Source: Candidatus Portiera aleyrodidarum (GTDB lineage Bacteria; Pseudomonadota; Gammaproteobacteria; Johnevansiales; Johnevansiaceae). From it: 32,000 bases of DNA. Of this stretch, positions 8,404 through 17,920 are shown in pieces (position 1 is the first letter of the stretch; the number at the start of each line of letters is the position of its first letter). Where the stretch lies: positions 180,001 through 212,000 of the forward strand of contig NZ_LN649255.1 in NCBI RefSeq assembly GCF_000953295.1. Direction: 5' to 3'. The notes under the pieces are model-generated. The model did no database searches. It saw only the letters and a list, made by a program, of their open reading frames with translations, and was not told where the DNA came from. The translations under genes and the position numbers were made by a program.

Positions 8404-9288
8404 TTATATTTTTTTTCCATAAATTTGATTTTTAGCTTTGTAACTTGATCTTATTAAAGGACCTGAAGCAATATAATTAAATCCTAAAATATAACCTTTT
8501 TTTGCATAATAATAAAATTTCTTTGGTTTTATCCATCTTTTAATTGGTAAATGAAATTCAGATGGAGAAATATATTGTCCTATTGTTATAATTTCAACTT
8601 GATTTTTTTTTATATCTTTCATAACATTTATAATTTGTTGATCAGTTTCACCTAACCCTGCCATTAAACCTGATTTTGTTTTTACACTTGGACAAAAATT
8701 TTTATATTTTTTTAATAAATTTAATGAGTTAAAATAATTGCCACCCGGTTTAACTTTTAAATAGAAATTTTTAATTGTTTCAATATTATGATTAAATACA
8801 TTTGGTTTGTTTTTACTTAAAATCTTAATAGCAATATCTATTTTTCCTCTAAAATCAGGTACTAAAATTTCTATTTTTATATTATTATATAATCTTTTTA
8901 TTGCTCCAATACATTTAGAAAAATGATTTGCTCCCCCTTCATATAAATCATCACGATTAACAGAAGTAATTACTATATAATTTATATTTAATTTAATTAT
9001 TAATTTGATTATATCAAAAGGTTCATAATAATTTATATTTTTAGGATTACCATATAAGACATCACAAAAAGGACATTTTCTTGTACATTTATTTCCTAAA
9101 ATCATTATAGTAGCTGTATTTTCATTAAAACATTTTATAATATTAGGACAAGAAGATTCTTCACAAACAGTATGTAAATAATTTTTACGTAATTTTTTTT
9201 TTATATTTTTTATTTCATTAAAAATTGGTATACGAAGTTTAATCCAATTTGGTTTTTTTTTATTTATTTTTAATATTTTATTTTTCAT
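8404..9288 (-). CDS. lipA: lipoyl synthase (radical SAM)
   Basis: It carries CEESSCPNIIKC plus the CTRKCPFCDV cysteine clusters typical of LipA. It overlaps lipB by 4 nt. Confidence 0.93.
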   Translation of the reverse strand: MKNKILKINKKKPNWIKLRIPIFNEIKNIKKKLRKNYLHTVCEESSCPNIIKCFNENTATIMILGNKCTRKCPFCDVLYGNPKNINYYEPFDIIKLIIKLNINYIVITSVNRDDLYEGGANHFSKCIGAIKRLYNNIKIEILVPDFRGKIDIAIKILSKNKPNVFNHNIETIKNFYLKVKPGGNYFNSLNLLKKYKNFCPSVKTKSGLMAGLGETDQQIINVMKDIKKNQVEIITIGQYISPSEFHLPIKRWIKPKKFYYYAKKGYILGFNYIASGPLIRSSYKAKNQIYGKKI

Positions 9289-9941
9289 AGCTTTCCTATA
9301 TGTTTTAAAAAACAGTAAACCCCAACATTTGCTTCTAACTCAAACTTAATAGCAAAATTATAGATATCACAAAGCTTTATCATTTTTATATTAATTAAAT
9401 CACAAGGTTTAAAATTCTTAAATATATTCAGATTAAAATTAATATTATATGATAATCCATGAAAACTACATCCTTTACTTATACCTAAACCTAATGACGC
9501 TATTTTATATTCTTGATTTTTATAATTTATATAAACACCATGATTTTTTATTTTATATGCAAAAATACCATGAAAAAATAAAACATCGAGAAATGTATTT
9601 TCTAAAATATTTATTAAATTATAAATATTTATTTTTAACCGTTTAATATTTAATAATATATAAAAAATTAATTGTCCTGGGGTATGAAGTGTAATTTTTC
9701 CACCTCTATTAATTTTTAATAAAAATATATTTTTTTTTATAAAAAAAATATTTTTTTTATCTAAATTACCTTTAGTAAAAATTTTAAAATGTTCTAAAAT
9801 TAAAATTTTATCTGGATCATTAAGATTTCTATATTTTGAATATAACTTCATATATTTTATAATATATGAATAATTATATTTTTTCAAACAATTAAATATT
9901 AAAATTTTTGTATTTAATATATATATTTTTTTTATTTTCAT
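9285..9941 (-). CDS. lipB: octanoyltransferase
   Basis: RGGKITLHTPGQLIFY matches LipB RGGQVTYHGPGQ. The catalytic KIASLG and GCSFHGLS motifs are present. Confidence 0.88.
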   Translation of the reverse strand: MKIKKIYILNTKILIFNCLKKYNYSYIIKYMKLYSKYRNLNDPDKILILEHFKIFTKGNLDKKNIFFIKKNIFLLKINRGGKITLHTPGQLIFYILLNIKRLKINIYNLINILENTFLDVLFFHGIFAYKIKNHGVYINYKNQEYKIASLGLGISKGCSFHGLSYNINFNLNIFKNFKPCDLINIKMIKLCDIYNFAIKFELEANVGVYCFLKHIGKL

Positions 9942-9953
9942 TCATTATATTAA

Positions 9954-10045
9954 TGGAAGGCGTGGGATTTGAACCCACGAATCTAATTTAATAAAAAATT
10001 GCTTGTTTTCGAAACAAGTGCAATAATCCTCTCTGCCAGCCTTCC
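9954..10045 (-). tRNA. tRNA-Ser (anticodon CGA), long variable arm
   Basis: The reverse complement is GGAAGGCTGGCAGAGAGGATTATTGCACTTGTTTCGAAAACAAGCAATTTTTTATTAAATTAGATTCGTGGGTTCAAATCCCACGCCTTCCA. The anticodon stem is CTTGT/ACAAG with loop TTCGAAA, and the acceptor stem is GGAAGGC/GCCTTCC. Confidence 0.85.
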
Positions 10046-10055
10046 ATTAAAATTT

Positions 10056-10144
10056 CGGAGGGACAGGGATTTGAACCCTGGAAAAGTAAAAAAACTTTTG
10101 TCGGTTTTCAAAACCGATGCAATAATCCTCTCTGCCATCCCTCC
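10056..10144 (-). tRNA. tRNA-Ser (anticodon TGA), long variable arm
   Basis: The reverse complement is GGAGGGATGGCAGAGAGGATTATTGCATCGGTTTTGAAAACCGACAAAAGTTTTTTTACTTTTCCAGGGTTCAAATCCCTGTCCCTCCG. The anticodon stem is TCGGT/ACCGA with loop TTTGAAA. Confidence 0.85.
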
Positions 10145-10146
10145 TT

Positions 10147-10596
10147 TTATATTATATTTATAATAAGTTTATTATTAGTAAATATATTTTTTTCATAAAA
10201 AAATATATTATTTTTAATACATATTATATATTTTATATTTTTTATATTTATTCCTTTTATAAATAAATAATTACTTATTAATCTAATTCTTTTTTTATTA
10301 AAATATAAATTATATTTTATATTACCTGATTTATTTATATAAAAATTTAATATAATTTTTTTATTTGGATTATTACGAATATATATAATATATTCATTTA
10401 AAATATTTTTAAAATTCTTTTTTAAAAAAAAATTATCATAATTAAAATAAATATTTTTAATAAATGGTAATTTATTATAAATAAATTCATTATTTATTTT
10501 TATATTTTTATAAAAAATATAATTATTTTTATAAGAAATATTAATTATTATAAAAAAAATAATTGTTAATATTTTAATAAATTTATTATTTTTCAT
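10147..10596 (-). CDS. pal: degenerate Pal/OmpA-family peptidoglycan-associated protein (signal peptide present, no lipobox cysteine)
   Basis: IYFNYDNFFLKKNFKNILNEYIIYIRNNPNKKIILNFYINKSGNIKYNLYFNKKRIRLISNYLFIKGINIKNIKYI is colinear with E. coli Pal [77 protein letters not shown]. The N-terminus is hydrophobic (FIKILTIIFFIIINI). This is a manual alignment only. Confidence 0.55.
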   Translation of the reverse strand: MKNNKFIKILTIIFFIIINISYKNNYIFYKNIKINNEFIYNKLPFIKNIYFNYDNFFLKKNFKNILNEYIIYIRNNPNKKIILNFYINKSGNIKYNLYFNKKRIRLISNYLFIKGINIKNIKYIICIKNNIFFYEKNIFTNNKLIINII

Positions 10597-11086
10597 ATTT
10601 TTTATTATTTAATTTATTTTTATATTTAAAATAATGTGTTAATGCAACTGCTATTGCATCTAAAGCATCATAACTATTAATATATCTTAAATTTAAATAC
10701 GAATAAACCATTTTTTTTAAATTTATTTTATTTGATGCACCAGAACCTGTTAGACATTGTTTAATTAATCTAGAAGAATATTCAGACACTGGGATATTAT
10801 GATTTGCAGCACAAACTAGAGCAGTCCCTCTTGCTTGAATTAATTTTAAATTTTTAAAAATATTTTTTTTTTTAGATATAAAAGTTTCCTCTATTGCAAC
10901 TTCAGAAGGACAATAATTTGAGATGATTTCACTAATTCCACTATATAGAAACTTTAATTTTTTTGATAAACTATTAATTTTTATTATGTTTATATAACCA
11001 CTATCGATATAATATGGATAATCTTTTATTTTTATTAAACCAAAACCAGGTCTTATTAGACCTGGATCCAGACCTAAAAATATCAT
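10586..11086 (-). CDS. ruvC: Holliday junction resolvase RuvC
   Basis: MIFLGLDPGLIRPGFGLI matches the RuvC N-terminus. The catalytic acidic residues are in place (DPG, AIEETF, YDALDAIAVALTH). Confidence 0.9.
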   Translation of the reverse strand: MIFLGLDPGLIRPGFGLIKIKDYPYYIDSGYINIIKINSLSKKLKFLYSGISEIISNYCPSEVAIEETFISKKKNIFKNLKLIQARGTALVCAANHNIPVSEYSSRLIKQCLTGSGASNKINLKKMVYSYLNLRYINSYDALDAIAVALTHYFKYKNKLNNKKYEK

Positions 11087-11093
11087 TTAAATT

Positions 11094-12800
11094 TTATGAA
11101 GGGCACCCTGTTAAAGGACAAACAAAATTTTTATTTTTAGGAAAAGCAATAACATCTCTAATATTTTTTGATTCTGTTAATAACATTACTAGACGATCTA
11201 AACCTAAAGCTAAACCACAATGTGGTGGGACTCCATATTTAAAGGCTTCTAAAAAAAAACCAAAATTTTTATTTATTTGTTCATAACTTAACCCTAATAT
11301 TTTAAATATTAATTTTTGAATTTTTTCATTATTTATACGAATTGACCCCCCACCTAATTCAATACCATTAATTATTAAATCAAAAGATTTAGCTTTAGTA
11401 TTTTCAGGATTATATATTAATTCTTCTAATGTAGATTTAGGTGAAGTAAAAGGATGATGATATGAAGTGAAAGTTCCAGAAGATGAACGTTTAAATAAAG
11501 GAAAATTAATAACCCAGATTGGTGCCCATTTTTTTTTATAAAGATTAAAATCTTTTGCTAATTTGATTATTAAAGCTGATAAGGAATTATTTACAATATT
11601 TTTTATATCAGAACAACAAAAAATTATATCTCCATTTTTTATATTTAATTTATTAATTATTTTTTTTATTAAATCATATTCAATATATTTAGAAATAGGA
11701 GATTTTAAACCTTTAAAACCTAATTTTATATTATAAAATTTAATCCATACTAAACCTTTTAAACCATATAATTTAACAAAATTAATATAATTATTAATTT
11801 GTTTTATAGATAATTTAACTCCATCCTTTAATTTTATAACTGCTATTCTTTGTTTGATATTTTTTTTAAATATATTAAATTTATTATTTTTAGAAATTAA
11901 TTCATCAATATCGGTTATTTTTAAAGGAATTCTTAAATCAGGTTTATCTGTTCCATAATCTTTAAGTGCTTTTTTATATTCTATTTTTTTAAACTCATTA
12001 GGTAAATCAACTTTTAATATTTCTTTAAATAAATATTTAATCATATTTTCAGTTATATACATTATATCTTTTTGTTTTATAAAGGATGTTTCTAGATCAA
12101 TTTGTGTAAATTCTGGTTGTCTATCAGAACGTAAATCTTCATCTCGAAAACATTTAGCTATTTGATAATATCTATCTAAACCTGAAAACATTAAAATTTG
12201 TTTATATATTTGAGGGGATTGAGGTAAAGCAAAAAATTTATTTAAAAATTTATGACTTTTTATAAAAAAAGTTCTTGCTCCTTCAATAGTAATATTACTT
12301 AAGATTGGAGTTTCTATTTCAATAAATTTATTGAAATTTAAAAATTTTCTAATTTTATAATTTATTTTTGAACGCATAATTAATTTATTTATAATATTTT
12401 TACGACGTAAATCAATATAACGATATTTAAATCTTAATTCTTCTTTTATATTTTTTTCAGATATTTTAAAAGGTAAATTTTTTGATTGATTTAAAATCTT
12501 CAAATCAATTATAAATATCTCAATCAAATTTGTTAATATATTTTTTTGTTTATTTAATGGTCTTAATTTTATTAATCCTATTACTTTTAGAATATATTCA
12601 TATTTAATTTTTTTTGCTATTAAAAAAGTTTTTAAATCAATTTTTTTTGAATCAATAACTATTTGTATAATACCATACATATCACGTAAATCTATAAATA
12701 AAATCCCTCCATGATCACGGATTTTATCAACCCAACCATATAAAATTACATAATTATTTACTAATTTTTTATTTAAATTTCCACAATAATTACTGCGCAT
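11094..12800 (-). CDS. aspS: aspartyl-tRNA synthetase
   Basis: It has the N-terminal OB fold ([26 protein letters not shown]) and class II motifs ([36 protein letters not shown]). It is 568 aa. Confidence 0.93.
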   Translation of the reverse strand: MRSNYCGNLNKKLVNNYVILYGWVDKIRDHGGILFIDLRDMYGIIQIVIDSKKIDLKTFLIAKKIKYEYILKVIGLIKLRPLNKQKNILTNLIEIFIIDLKILNQSKNLPFKISEKNIKEELRFKYRYIDLRRKNIINKLIMRSKINYKIRKFLNFNKFIEIETPILSNITIEGARTFFIKSHKFLNKFFALPQSPQIYKQILMFSGLDRYYQIAKCFRDEDLRSDRQPEFTQIDLETSFIKQKDIMYITENMIKYLFKEILKVDLPNEFKKIEYKKALKDYGTDKPDLRIPLKITDIDELISKNNKFNIFKKNIKQRIAVIKLKDGVKLSIKQINNYINFVKLYGLKGLVWIKFYNIKLGFKGLKSPISKYIEYDLIKKIINKLNIKNGDIIFCCSDIKNIVNNSLSALIIKLAKDFNLYKKKWAPIWVINFPLFKRSSSGTFTSYHHPFTSPKSTLEELIYNPENTKAKSFDLIINGIELGGGSIRINNEKIQKLIFKILGLSYEQINKNFGFFLEAFKYGVPPHCGLALGLDRLVMLLTESKNIRDVIAFPKNKNFVCPLTGCPS

Positions 12801-12851
12801 TTTTTATTTCCATAATATATATAATTTACAATAAATATTTATTATAATGTA

Positions 12852-12880
12852 TTGACATAATTAAATAAGATATCTATATA
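12852..12880 (+). promoter_or_regulatory. putative sigma70-type promoter for mgtE (TTGACA, 17 nt spacer, TATATA)
   Basis: A perfect -35 TTGACA lies at 12852-12857, followed by a 17-nt spacer and TATATA at 12875-12880, 45 nt upstream of the mgtE ATG. In DNA this AT-rich the -10 match is weak evidence. Confidence 0.35.
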
Positions 12881-12924
12881 TATATCTTATATATTTTATC
12901 ATAAAATATAATTAAGAGATATTA

Positions 12925-14271
12925 ATGGAAATAAATAAAATTTTTCCTGAATTAATTAAAGCTTTATCAAAAAAAGATTATAAAAAAATAAAATATTTAT
13001 TAAAATATTTTCGTTCAGCTGATATTGCTGAAATGATATCACGGAAATCAAATAATTTTATATTAAAAATATTAAATAGTCAAAATTTAAAAAGAAAAGC
13101 TGATATTTTTTCTTACTTACCAAAAGATAAACAATTTGAAATTACTAAAAAACTAAAGAATGAAGAAATAATAAAACTGTTTGTAAAAATGAATTCAGAT
13201 GATAGTGCTGATGTTTTTAAGATGTTTGAACCAATCCGTAGAGAAAATATATTACGAAGTATGGCACATAAAGTTAGAGAAGATATTATAAAGCTTTCTA
13301 GTTATGAAGATGGATCTGCTGGAGCTATTATGTCATCGAAATATGTTGTTATTCCTGAAAAATTAAATGTATTACAAGCTTTAAATAAAATAAAACAAAC
13401 AGCGCCTGATGCTGAAACAATTTATCAAGTATATGTATTAGATAATAATCAAAAATTAACAGGGACATTATCATTACGTCAAATTCTTTTAGCAGATCCT
13501 ATTGCTTTAATTAAAGATTTAATGATTAAAGATGTAATATATGTAAATACAAATTCAAAACAAGAATATGTAGCCAAGTTGATTTCACGATATGATTTTT
13601 TAGCGATACCTGTAATTAATTCTGAACATAAATTAGTAGGTCTTATTACATACGATGATGCAATGGATGTTGTAGAAAGAGAAACAACAGATGATTTTCA
13701 TAAATCTGGAAGCGTAGGTACTTTAGAATATAATATTGTTCGTACAAAATTATGGACTTTATATAGTAAACGGGTATTTTGGTTAGTCTTATTAATTTTT
13801 GGTAATTTATTTTCTGGTGCAGGAATCTCACAATATGAAAAGACTATTTATTCTAAAATCTCCTTAGTGTTTTTCTTACCTTTGTTAATTGGAAGTGGAG
13901 GAAACGCAGGATCACAAGCTGCTACTCTTATGATTAGAGGATTAGGTACTGGAGAAATTAATATTAAAGATTGGGCTAAACTAATGAGTAGAGAATTATT
14001 AGTTTCAGGAATTTTAGGTTTAACAATGGCTGTTGTAATATACCCAATCGGATATATTAGAGGAGGAATAGAAGTTGCTTATTCTGTAGCGGGGAGTATG
14101 ATAATAATAGTCATAATTGGGAGTTTATTAGGAATGTCTTTACCTTTTTTTTTAAATCGTTTAGGTTTTGATCCTGCTGCAGCAAGCGCACCTTTAGTTT
14201 CTACTTTGTGTGATTCATTAGGAGTATTAATATTCTTTTCAATAGCTACTATAATATTAAATATTACTTGA
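12925..14271 (+). CDS. mgtE: magnesium transporter MgtE
   Basis: It has the N-domain, tandem CBS region and C-terminal membrane domain, with LLIGSGGNAGSQAATL and PLVSTLCDSLGVLIFF typical of MgtE. AAGAG lies 8 nt upstream of the ATG. Confidence 0.9.
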   Translation: MEINKIFPELIKALSKKDYKKIKYLLKYFRSADIAEMISRKSNNFILKILNSQNLKRKADIFSYLPKDKQFEITKKLKNEEIIKLFVKMNSDDSADVFKMFEPIRRENILRSMAHKVREDIIKLSSYEDGSAGAIMSSKYVVIPEKLNVLQALNKIKQTAPDAETIYQVYVLDNNQKLTGTLSLRQILLADPIALIKDLMIKDVIYVNTNSKQEYVAKLISRYDFLAIPVINSEHKLVGLITYDDAMDVVERETTDDFHKSGSVGTLEYNIVRTKLWTLYSKRVFWLVLLIFGNLFSGAGISQYEKTIYSKISLVFFLPLLIGSGGNAGSQAATLMIRGLGTGEINIKDWAKLMSRELLVSGILGLTMAVVIYPIGYIRGGIEVAYSVAGSMIIIVIIGSLLGMSLPFFLNRLGFDPAAASAPLVSTLCDSLGVLIFFSIATIILNIT

Positions 14272-14273
14272 AG

Positions 14274-15683
14274 CTAAAGGATTGGGGATGCTAAAAAAGC
14301 TGATCTGGAAATTAATTTCTTTATTAAAGAACGACAATTAATTTCATTTAACCTTATTAATCTACAAGATAATAAATCTTGTTTTAACATATAATTAACA
14401 TCTTTAGCAAATTCATAATCAATAATATATGCTGTTATTTCAAAATTTAATCTAAATGATCTATTATCTAAATTCATTGTTCCTACTGAAGCTGTATGAT
14501 CGTCAATTAACATAACTTTTTGATGTAAAAAACCTTTTATATATTTATATATTTTTACTCCAGATTTGATTAAATCAGATAAAAAACTAAAGGTAGATAA
14601 ATAAACTAATAACTGATCTGTTCGTTCAGGTATAATTATCTTAACATCTACACCTCTTAATGCAGCTAATTTTAAGGAATCTATTACACTTTGATCTGGA
14701 AGAAAATAAGGGCTAGTTATCCAAAATTTTTTTTTTGCGAGATTAATAGCATTTTGAATTAAAAGACTTGCATTATTTATATTATATATAGGTCCAGAAG
14801 GGACGATAATTATATTTTGATTTTTAAATTTTGATATTATTGGTTTCCAATTTAAATTTTTCAATTTTTTTCCTGTTGTCCAAAACCAATCCTCTAAAAA
14901 AATTTCTTGTAAACATAAAACACTAGGTCCAATTATATGTAAATGTGTATCTCTCCAATATCCTAATTTTTTATTTCTACCTAAATATTCAATACCTATA
15001 TTTAAACCTCCTGTCCATCCTTCTTTACCATCTATTATTACCAATTTTCTATGATTACAAAAATTAATGTTTAAAATATTTTTCCAACCATTACATGATC
15101 CAAAATTAAAAATGTTTATTCCTGCTTTTCTTAATTCTTTTATAAATTTAAATGATAACCTCTGACTACCAATTTGATCATAAATAAAAAAAACTTTCAC
15201 TCCTTTTTTTACACTAGATATTAAAATATTTTTTAACGTTTGACCAACTTTATCATTTTTTATGATAAAAAATTGAATTAAAATATATTTTTTTGCTCTT
15301 TTAATACCATTAAACATACTTTTAAAAGAAATATATCCATTAATTAATAATATTGCAGAATTTGCTTTTGTTAATGGTAAATTTGCTAATTTCTCTACTA
15401 ATTTTACATTAACATTAGTATTAGACTTTAGATGATTTTTTTCTTTATAAAAATTTTTTTTTATAGTATATCCACCAAACTTTGGACAAGATAATATCCA
15501 AAATATAGGAATTGATAAATATGGAAATGTTATTAAAGATATTAACCATGCAATAGCACCTTGAGCTGATCTACTAATCAGAATAGCTACTATTATAGTG
15601 TATAATAATAACAAAAAAATTATTATTTTCATAAAAATTTTAAATATATATAAAATATCAATAAAATTTAAATCAAAATTCAT
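14274..15683 (-). CDS. cls: cardiolipin synthase (two HKD phospholipase D motifs)
   Basis: It has N-terminal transmembrane helices and two HxK(x)4D motifs: NHRKLVIIDGKEGWTGGLNIG and LHQKVMLIDDHTASVGTMNLDNRS. Confidence 0.88.
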   Translation of the reverse strand: MNFDLNFIDILYIFKIFMKIIIFLLLLYTIIVAILISRSAQGAIAWLISLITFPYLSIPIFWILSCPKFGGYTIKKNFYKEKNHLKSNTNVNVKLVEKLANLPLTKANSAILLINGYISFKSMFNGIKRAKKYILIQFFIIKNDKVGQTLKNILISSVKKGVKVFFIYDQIGSQRLSFKFIKELRKAGINIFNFGSCNGWKNILNINFCNHRKLVIIDGKEGWTGGLNIGIEYLGRNKKLGYWRDTHLHIIGPSVLCLQEIFLEDWFWTTGKKLKNLNWKPIISKFKNQNIIIVPSGPIYNINNASLLIQNAINLAKKKFWITSPYFLPDQSVIDSLKLAALRGVDVKIIIPERTDQLLVYLSTFSFLSDLIKSGVKIYKYIKGFLHQKVMLIDDHTASVGTMNLDNRSFRLNFEITAYIIDYEFAKDVNYMLKQDLLSCRLIRLNEINCRSLIKKLISRSAFLASPIL

Positions 15684-15961
15684 TTTTTAATCTTTCTTAT
15701 TTTTTTTATATATTTACTAATTTTAAACTTAATTTTTTTTGTAGCTAATAATTTTATTTTTTTTCCATTTTTAGGATTATTACTTATCTTGGCTGCACTA
15801 TATTTTATTGTAAATGTACCAAATCCTAATAAAAAAACAGATTTACCTTTTTTTAAATTTTTTTTAATATAATTATAAAACAAATTTATTATCAAATTTG
15901 CTTTATTTTTTTTTATATTTGTTAATAAAGAAATTAATTTTCTCAAATAGGATTTTTTCAT
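15680..15961 (-). CDS. hupB: HU-family nucleoid protein
   Basis: LLGFGTFTIKYSAAKISNNPKNGKKIKL matches HU [26 protein letters not shown]. Its position after clpX matches the conserved clpP-clpX-(lon)-hupB order. It is 93 aa with a lysine-rich tail. Confidence 0.8.
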   Translation of the reverse strand: MKKSYLRKLISLLTNIKKNKANLIINLFYNYIKKNLKKGKSVFLLGFGTFTIKYSAAKISNNPKNGKKIKLLATKKIKFKISKYIKKIRKIKK

Positions 15962-16005
15962 ACTAATAAAGGTTTACTTTTTTACTAATAACGGTTTACT
16001 TTTTC
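15962..16005. repeat. 22-bp tandem direct repeat (20/22 identical) spanning the clpX 3' end, its stop codon and the clpX-hupB spacer
   Basis: On the plus strand, actaataaaggtttactttttt (15962-15983) is followed by actaataacggtttactttttc (15984-16005). Confidence 0.75.
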
Positions 16006-17185
16006 CTAATATTACATTTTCATCTATAATTACTTTAATTATATTTTTTTTTGAAGGTATTTTAAACATTGTTTCTAATAATATATTCTCCATAATCGAA
16101 CGTAAACCTCTAGCACCAGTTTTGAGCAATTTAGCTTTCTCTACAATAGCTTTGATAGCTTTTTCTTTAAATAATAACTCTACACCATCAAGATTAAATA
16201 AATATGAATATTGTTTTAATAAAGCGTTTTTTGGATATTTAAATATCTTTAATAAATCAAATTCATTTAATTCATTTAAAGTAACTATATTTTGTAATCT
16301 ACCAATAAATTCAGGAATTAAACCAAACTTTATTAAATCTTCATTTTTTACATCTCTAATAATATCACCTAGATTTTTATATTTTTTTAATTTTGAATTA
16401 AATCCAATACTATTTTTAGTTTTTCTATCTAAAATTATTTTTTCTAAACCTAAAAAAGCTCCACCAACAATAAATAAAATATTTTTTGTATTTACTTTTA
16501 TAAAATTTTGTTGAGGATGTTTTCTTAAACCTTTTGGTGGAACTAAAGCTATTGTACCTTCGATTAATTTTAATAATGATTGTTGAACACCTTCACCTGA
16601 AACATCTCTTGTTATTGAAATATTTTCTGATTTTTTTGCGATTTTATCAATTTCATCTATATAAACAATACCTTTTTGTGCTTTTTCAATATTATAATTA
16701 CAATTTTGTAATAAATTTTGAATTATTATTTCTACATCTTCTCCTACATAACCTGCTTCTGTCAAAGAGGTGGCATCAGCAATTGTGAAAGGTACATTAA
16801 GTAATAAAGCCAAAGTTTCCGCAAACAAAGTTTTTCCCGTTCCGGTTGGACCAATTAATAAAATATTACTTTTTTCAATTTTTATTTTATTATATTTTAA
16901 ACGTTTATAATGATTATAAACTGCTACAGATAAAACTAATTTAGCACGGTCCTGCCCTATAATATATTTATTTAAAAAATTATAAATTTCTTTAGGTTTT
17001 GGTAAATAAATATCATAATCTAAATTTATTATTTCTTCATTTAAAATTTCATTACATAAATATATACATTCATTACAAATATACACAGAATTACCTGCTA
17101 TTAATTTCTTTACTTCTGTTTGTTTCTTTCCACAAAAAGAACAATATAAATTATAAACAAATTTATTTATATTTTTTAAATCCAT
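15974..17185 (-). CDS. clpX: ATP-dependent Clp protease ATPase subunit ClpX
   Basis: It has the zinc-finger N-domain [27 protein letters not shown], the Walker [20 protein letters not shown], and the IGF loop SIGFNS. Confidence 0.95.
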   Translation of the reverse strand: MDLKNINKFVYNLYCSFCGKKQTEVKKLIAGNSVYICNECIYLCNEILNEEIINLDYDIYLPKPKEIYNFLNKYIIGQDRAKLVLSVAVYNHYKRLKYNKIKIEKSNILLIGPTGTGKTLFAETLALLLNVPFTIADATSLTEAGYVGEDVEIIIQNLLQNCNYNIEKAQKGIVYIDEIDKIAKKSENISITRDVSGEGVQQSLLKLIEGTIALVPPKGLRKHPQQNFIKVNTKNILFIVGGAFLGLEKIILDRKTKNSIGFNSKLKKYKNLGDIIRDVKNEDLIKFGLIPEFIGRLQNIVTLNELNEFDLLKIFKYPKNALLKQYSYLFNLDGVELLFKEKAIKAIVEKAKLLKTGARGLRSIMENILLETMFKIPSKKNIIKVIIDENVILGKSKPLLVKK

Positions 17186-17204
17186 AATAAATCCCTTTAA
17201 TTTT

Positions 17205-17810
17205 TTAACGTTTTTTTATTATATAATCTATAATTCCATAATCTAATGCTATTTTTGCTTCCATAAAATTATCACGGTCTGTATCTATATTTATTTTTTC
17301 TATATCCTGCCCGGTATGTTTAGATAAAATTTTATTAATTCTTTTTTTTATAGATAATATTTCTTTTGTATGTATTTCTATATCACTTGCTTGACCATGA
17401 AAATTTCCTAACGGTTGATGTATCATAATTCTTGAATTAGGTAAACAAAATCTTTTGCCTTTTTTGCCTCCTGCTAGTATTATTGCAGCCATACTAGCAG
17501 CTTGACCAATACAAACAGTTGAAATCTCAGGTTTTATATATTGCATAGTATCATAAATAGATAAACCAGATGTTACTATTCCTCCTGGAGAATTTATATA
17601 TAAATTAATATCTTTTTCTGGATTAACAGATTCTAAATATAATAATTGTGCTACAATCAAATTTGCTTTATAATCTTCAATATTACCAACTAAAAATACA
17701 ATACGTTCTTTAAGAAGCCGTGAATATATATCATATGAAATATCTCCTCTAAAATTCTTTTCTATTACTATCGGCACTAAATTATCTTTTATAAAACTAT
17801 AATAATTCAT
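17205..17810 (-). CDS. clpP: ATP-dependent Clp protease proteolytic subunit ClpP
   Basis: [36 protein letters not shown] and IMIHQPLG carry the catalytic Ser and His contexts. GGAGA lies 4 nt upstream of the ATG. Confidence 0.95.
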   Translation of the reverse strand: MNYYSFIKDNLVPIVIEKNFRGDISYDIYSRLLKERIVFLVGNIEDYKANLIVAQLLYLESVNPEKDINLYINSPGGIVTSGLSIYDTMQYIKPEISTVCIGQAASMAAIILAGGKKGKRFCLPNSRIMIHQPLGNFHGQASDIEIHTKEILSIKKRINKILSKHTGQDIEKINIDTDRDNFMEAKIALDYGIIDYIIKKR

Positions 17811-17837
17811 TTGTTCTCCAAACTATATATTTTATTT

Positions 17838-17910
17838 GGTGGATGATGGGTCTCGAACCCATGTCCTACGGATCCACAATCCGGAGCTCTACCACTGAGC
17901 TACACCCACC
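17838..17910 (-). tRNA. tRNA-His (anticodon GTG) with encoded G-1
   Basis: The reverse complement is GGTGGGTGTAGCTCAGTGGTAGAGCTCCGGATTGTGGATCCGTAGGACATGGGTTCGAGACCCATCATCCACC. The anticodon loop is TTGTGGA, and the extra 5' G pairs with C73, as is typical for tRNA-His. Confidence 0.9.
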
Positions 17911-17920
17911 AATTTCTTCT

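Noticed and set aside
12801-12924. An M-box (ykoK) Mg2+ riboswitch upstream of mgtE
   Set aside because: The whole intergenic region is 124 nt and is shared with the aspS promoter. The likely 5' UTR is about 40 nt, far too short for the M-box fold of roughly 160 nt. I saw none of its conserved GC-rich helices.
7903-13831. Small antisense ORFs 7903..8109 (in mutS), 9449..9646 (in lipB), 11014..11286 (across ruvC/aspS) and 13646..13831 (in mgtE)
   Set aside because: Each lies wholly or largely inside a well-supported gene on the opposite strand and has no independent support.
12925-14271. Locally higher G+C in the mgtE membrane domain (and in tkt, galP and gltP) as a sign of horizontal transfer
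   Set aside because: The richer segments coincide with the most conserved protein cores (for example GGNAGSQ). The variable N-terminal part of the same gene is as AT-rich as its neighbours. Selective constraint explains the pattern, and there are no flanking mobility genes or repeats.
16122-17187. Three plus-strand ORFs (130, 84 and 62 aa) inside clpX
   Set aside because: They are antisense to a strongly supported ClpX reading frame. Their F/L/I-rich, low-complexity products are what the reverse complement of K/N/I-rich genes produces. They have no motifs and no start context.
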